From Flavobacteriales bacterium (lineage in GTDB: Bacteria > Bacteroidota > Bacteroidia > Flavobacteriales_D > Crocinitomicaceae): 47,992 bases of DNA. The stretch covers positions 1 to 47,992 of the forward strand of contig CANGIC010000001.1 in NCBI GenBank assembly GCA_947453795.1, given 5' to 3'. Shown here piece by piece: positions 46,386-47,992 of this stretch. How positions within the stretch are numbered: the stretch's first letter is position 1; every line of letters begins with the position of its first letter. The position numbers were made by a program, and so were the translations under genes. The notes beneath the pieces were generated by a model. That model saw only the letters and a program-made list of their open reading frames with translations. It did no database searches and was not told where the DNA came from.

Positions 46386-46804
46386 GTGCGCGCAATTATC
46401 ATAACTGTCAGTCGCCCTGTACAAATCAAACGATTTGTTGCGGCATCGAAAATATCCACCTGCCAAAGGTGAGTGCGTTTTCCCGCGTGAACTACTTTGC
46501 CAATGCCTTTCACAAAACCAGATTTTACCCCACCGATATGATTGGCATTTACTTCCAAGCCAACGGGATATTCTTTTTCCAAATCGATCAGTAAGGTAGA
46601 ACCCATCGAGCCAATGCTTTCGATTAGTGCGGCACTCGCCCCACCGTGCAATAGTCCCATGGGTTGATGGGTACGCTGATCCACAGGCATAGTCGCCACA
46701 ATGTAATCCGAACCGACCTCCGTACATTCAATTCCGAGTTGCCCCATCAATGTATTGGTGCTGTATCGATTGATTTCTTCGAGAGAAACTGTTTTAAATT
46801 TCAT
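46382..46804 (-). CDS. Hotdog-fold thioesterase (PaaI/YdiI type), likely 1,4-dihydroxy-2-naphthoyl-CoA hydrolase given its men context
   Basis: 140 aa counted from MKFKTVSLEEIN (ATG at 46804). It has the motif HQPMGLLHGGASAALIES and lies directly upstream of menF and menD. Confidence 0.75.
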   Translation of the reverse strand: MKFKTVSLEEINRYSTNTLMGQLGIECTEVGSDYIVATMPVDQRTHQPMGLLHGGASAALIESIGSMGSTLLIDLEKEYPVGLEVNANHIGGVKSGFVKGIGKVVHAGKRTHLWQVDIFDAATNRLICTGRLTVMIIART

Positions 46805-46808
46805 GGTA

Positions 46809-46816
46809 CAAAGATA
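46809..46816 (-). promoter_or_regulatory. Candidate -7 promoter box (TATCTTTG) for the thioesterase-menF-menD operon
   Basis: Exact TAnnTTTG on the minus strand, 4 nt from the ATG at 46804. Confidence 0.55.
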
Positions 46817-46891
46817 CAGTCCTTCTGTCATTCACATGTCGTTGTAGAATAAATCCTTTCATAAACGTGTTTTATCGGACCAATGATTTCG

Positions 46892-46899
46892 TATTTTTG
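46892..46899 (+). promoter_or_regulatory. Candidate -7 promoter box (TATTTTTG) for murB
   Basis: Exact TAnnTTTG, 4 nt from the ATG at 46904. Confidence 0.55.
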
Positions 46900-46903
46900 A
46901 GTT

Positions 46904-47911
46904 ATGATCACGACCCATGAGGATCTTACTCCTTTCAACACCTTTGGCATAAAGGTTCACGCTGCATCTTTTGCGCGTTTTTCATCTGTTTCCGAATTGC
47001 GCACCCTTCTTCATGGGAATGCGTTTAAAGACCTGCTCATTTTGGGTGGTGGCAGCAATGTGTTGTTCACCAAGGATGTTGACGCCCTTGTGTTACGGAA
47101 TGAAATTCAGGGCTTTGAAGTGCAATGGGAAGATAACTCCTTTGCTTATGTCAAGGTTGGTTCCGGCATGGTATGGCATGAATTCGTGCTTCAGTGCCTC
47201 GAATTAAATCTTGGTGGTGTTGAAAATTTGAGTTTAATTCCAGGGAGTGTTGGCGCGAGTCCAATGCAGAATATTGGTGCTTATGGTGTTGAAATTAAAG
47301 ATGTTTTCCATTCCCTAGAGGCCTATCACATCGCCACGGGGGATATTCATACCTTTGATTTAGACCAATGTGAATTTGGTTACCGCGAGAGTGTTTTTAA
47401 ACGAAAACTGAAAGGCAAATATGTGATTGTAGCCGTTACCTTTCGTTTGAGCAAGCATCCAAAAATCAATTCTTCGTATGGAGCCATTGATGCCGAATTG
47501 AAAAAAATGGGCATTACACAGCCGAGTATTCAAGAGATCAGCAAGGCAGTCATTGCCATTCGGAGCAGTAAGCTACCTGATCCAAAAGTATTGGGAAATG
47601 CGGGCAGTTTCTTCAAGAATCCTGTTGTTGATTTGGAGGTCATGAAAAAAATCAAGGTGACTGAACCTGACGTTCCGAATTATCCAGCAGAAGCAGGCAA
47701 ATGCAAGTTGGCTGCGGGATGGTTAATTGAGAAGGCCGGGTGGAAAGGGTTTACAGAAAAAACGTACGGCGTTCACACCTTACAAGCGCTTGTTTTGGTC
47801 AACTATGGGGGTTCGACTGGACATGAAGTATATGAACTTTCGTCACGAATTATCGCAGATGTCGAAATGAAGTTTGGCGTTACCTTGGAGCGCGAAGTGA
47901 ATATTCTATAG
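46904..47911 (+). CDS. murB: UDP-N-acetylenolpyruvoylglucosamine reductase
   Basis: 335 aa with an FAD-binding N-terminal domain (LILGGGSNVLF) and the motifs GAGSFFKNP and AGWLIEKAG. Confidence 0.92.
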   Translation: MITTHEDLTPFNTFGIKVHAASFARFSSVSELRTLLHGNAFKDLLILGGGSNVLFTKDVDALVLRNEIQGFEVQWEDNSFAYVKVGSGMVWHEFVLQCLELNLGGVENLSLIPGSVGASPMQNIGAYGVEIKDVFHSLEAYHIATGDIHTFDLDQCEFGYRESVFKRKLKGKYVIVAVTFRLSKHPKINSSYGAIDAELKKMGITQPSIQEISKAVIAIRSSKLPDPKVLGNAGSFFKNPVVDLEVMKKIKVTEPDVPNYPAEAGKCKLAAGWLIEKAGWKGFTEKTYGVHTLQALVLVNYGGSTGHEVYELSSRIIADVEMKFGVTLEREVNIL

Positions 47912-47992
47912 GGGTTAATACACTATTCATTGATTGTTAATTTCCTAAGTACATTTTTACTTTCTGTGTCCCAAACCTTTGGGTCGTTAAGC

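Noticed and set aside
46386-46727. A 115-codon N-terminal extension of the menF ORF that overlaps the thioesterase gene in another frame
   Set aside because: The extension is rich in Arg, Gly, Cys and Trp, as expected for off-frame translation of a real gene. The thioesterase frame carries the recognisable hotdog motifs. The menF similarity begins only after the thioesterase stop.
47970-47983. The palindrome cccaaacctttggg downstream of murB as a possible terminator
   Set aside because: The loop would be only 2-4 nt, no T-run follows, and the window ends 9 nt later, so it cannot be evaluated.

Overview
This window looks like a densely packed, mostly housekeeping chromosomal segment of a Bacteroidota (Flavobacteriia-like) genome. 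The taxon call rests on T9SS C-terminal sorting domains, a PorQ-like gene, a fused LpxC/FabZ, the rpmB-rpmG-DUF4295-ftsY gene order, and many exact TAnnTTTG promoter boxes. I call about 46 protein genes, several joined by ATGA, TAATG or TGATG overlaps. The 26 genes between 21.2 and 46.8 kb are all on the minus strand. Recognisable genes are lon, meaB, porQ, cmk, mazG, a TonB-dependent receptor, an M61 peptidase, an ABC-F ATPase, hutH, hisS, ftsY, rpmG, rpmB, cinA, an rlmD-like methyltransferase, lpxA, lpxC/fabZ, lpxD, trxA, a TerC protein, menD, menF, a hotdog thioesterase and murB. I found no rRNA, tRNA, CRISPR array, transposase, integrase, phage gene or known defence gene, so I cannot point to a clear-cut new multi-gene system. 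The leads worth a second look are: (1) three intergenic tandem-repeat arrays built from 7-nt subrepeats, two of them bracketed by inverted repeats, each directly 3' of a minus-strand gene that lacks a canonical terminator; (2) an ABC-F ATPase whose second P-loop has lost its lysine and which overlaps an FkbM methyltransferase by one base; (3) a four-gene overlapping cassette of TerC, an unknown protein, a DUF493 protein and a membrane-anchored T9SS-CTD-like mini-protein; (4) a hisS-hutH-membrane protein operon with no other hut genes nearby; (5) -7 boxes only 4-6 nt from the ATG of six genes, which predicts leaderless mRNAs; and (6) tandem beta-barrel paralogs whose predicted loops have diverged. 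All family assignments come from reading motifs by eye, with no database search.
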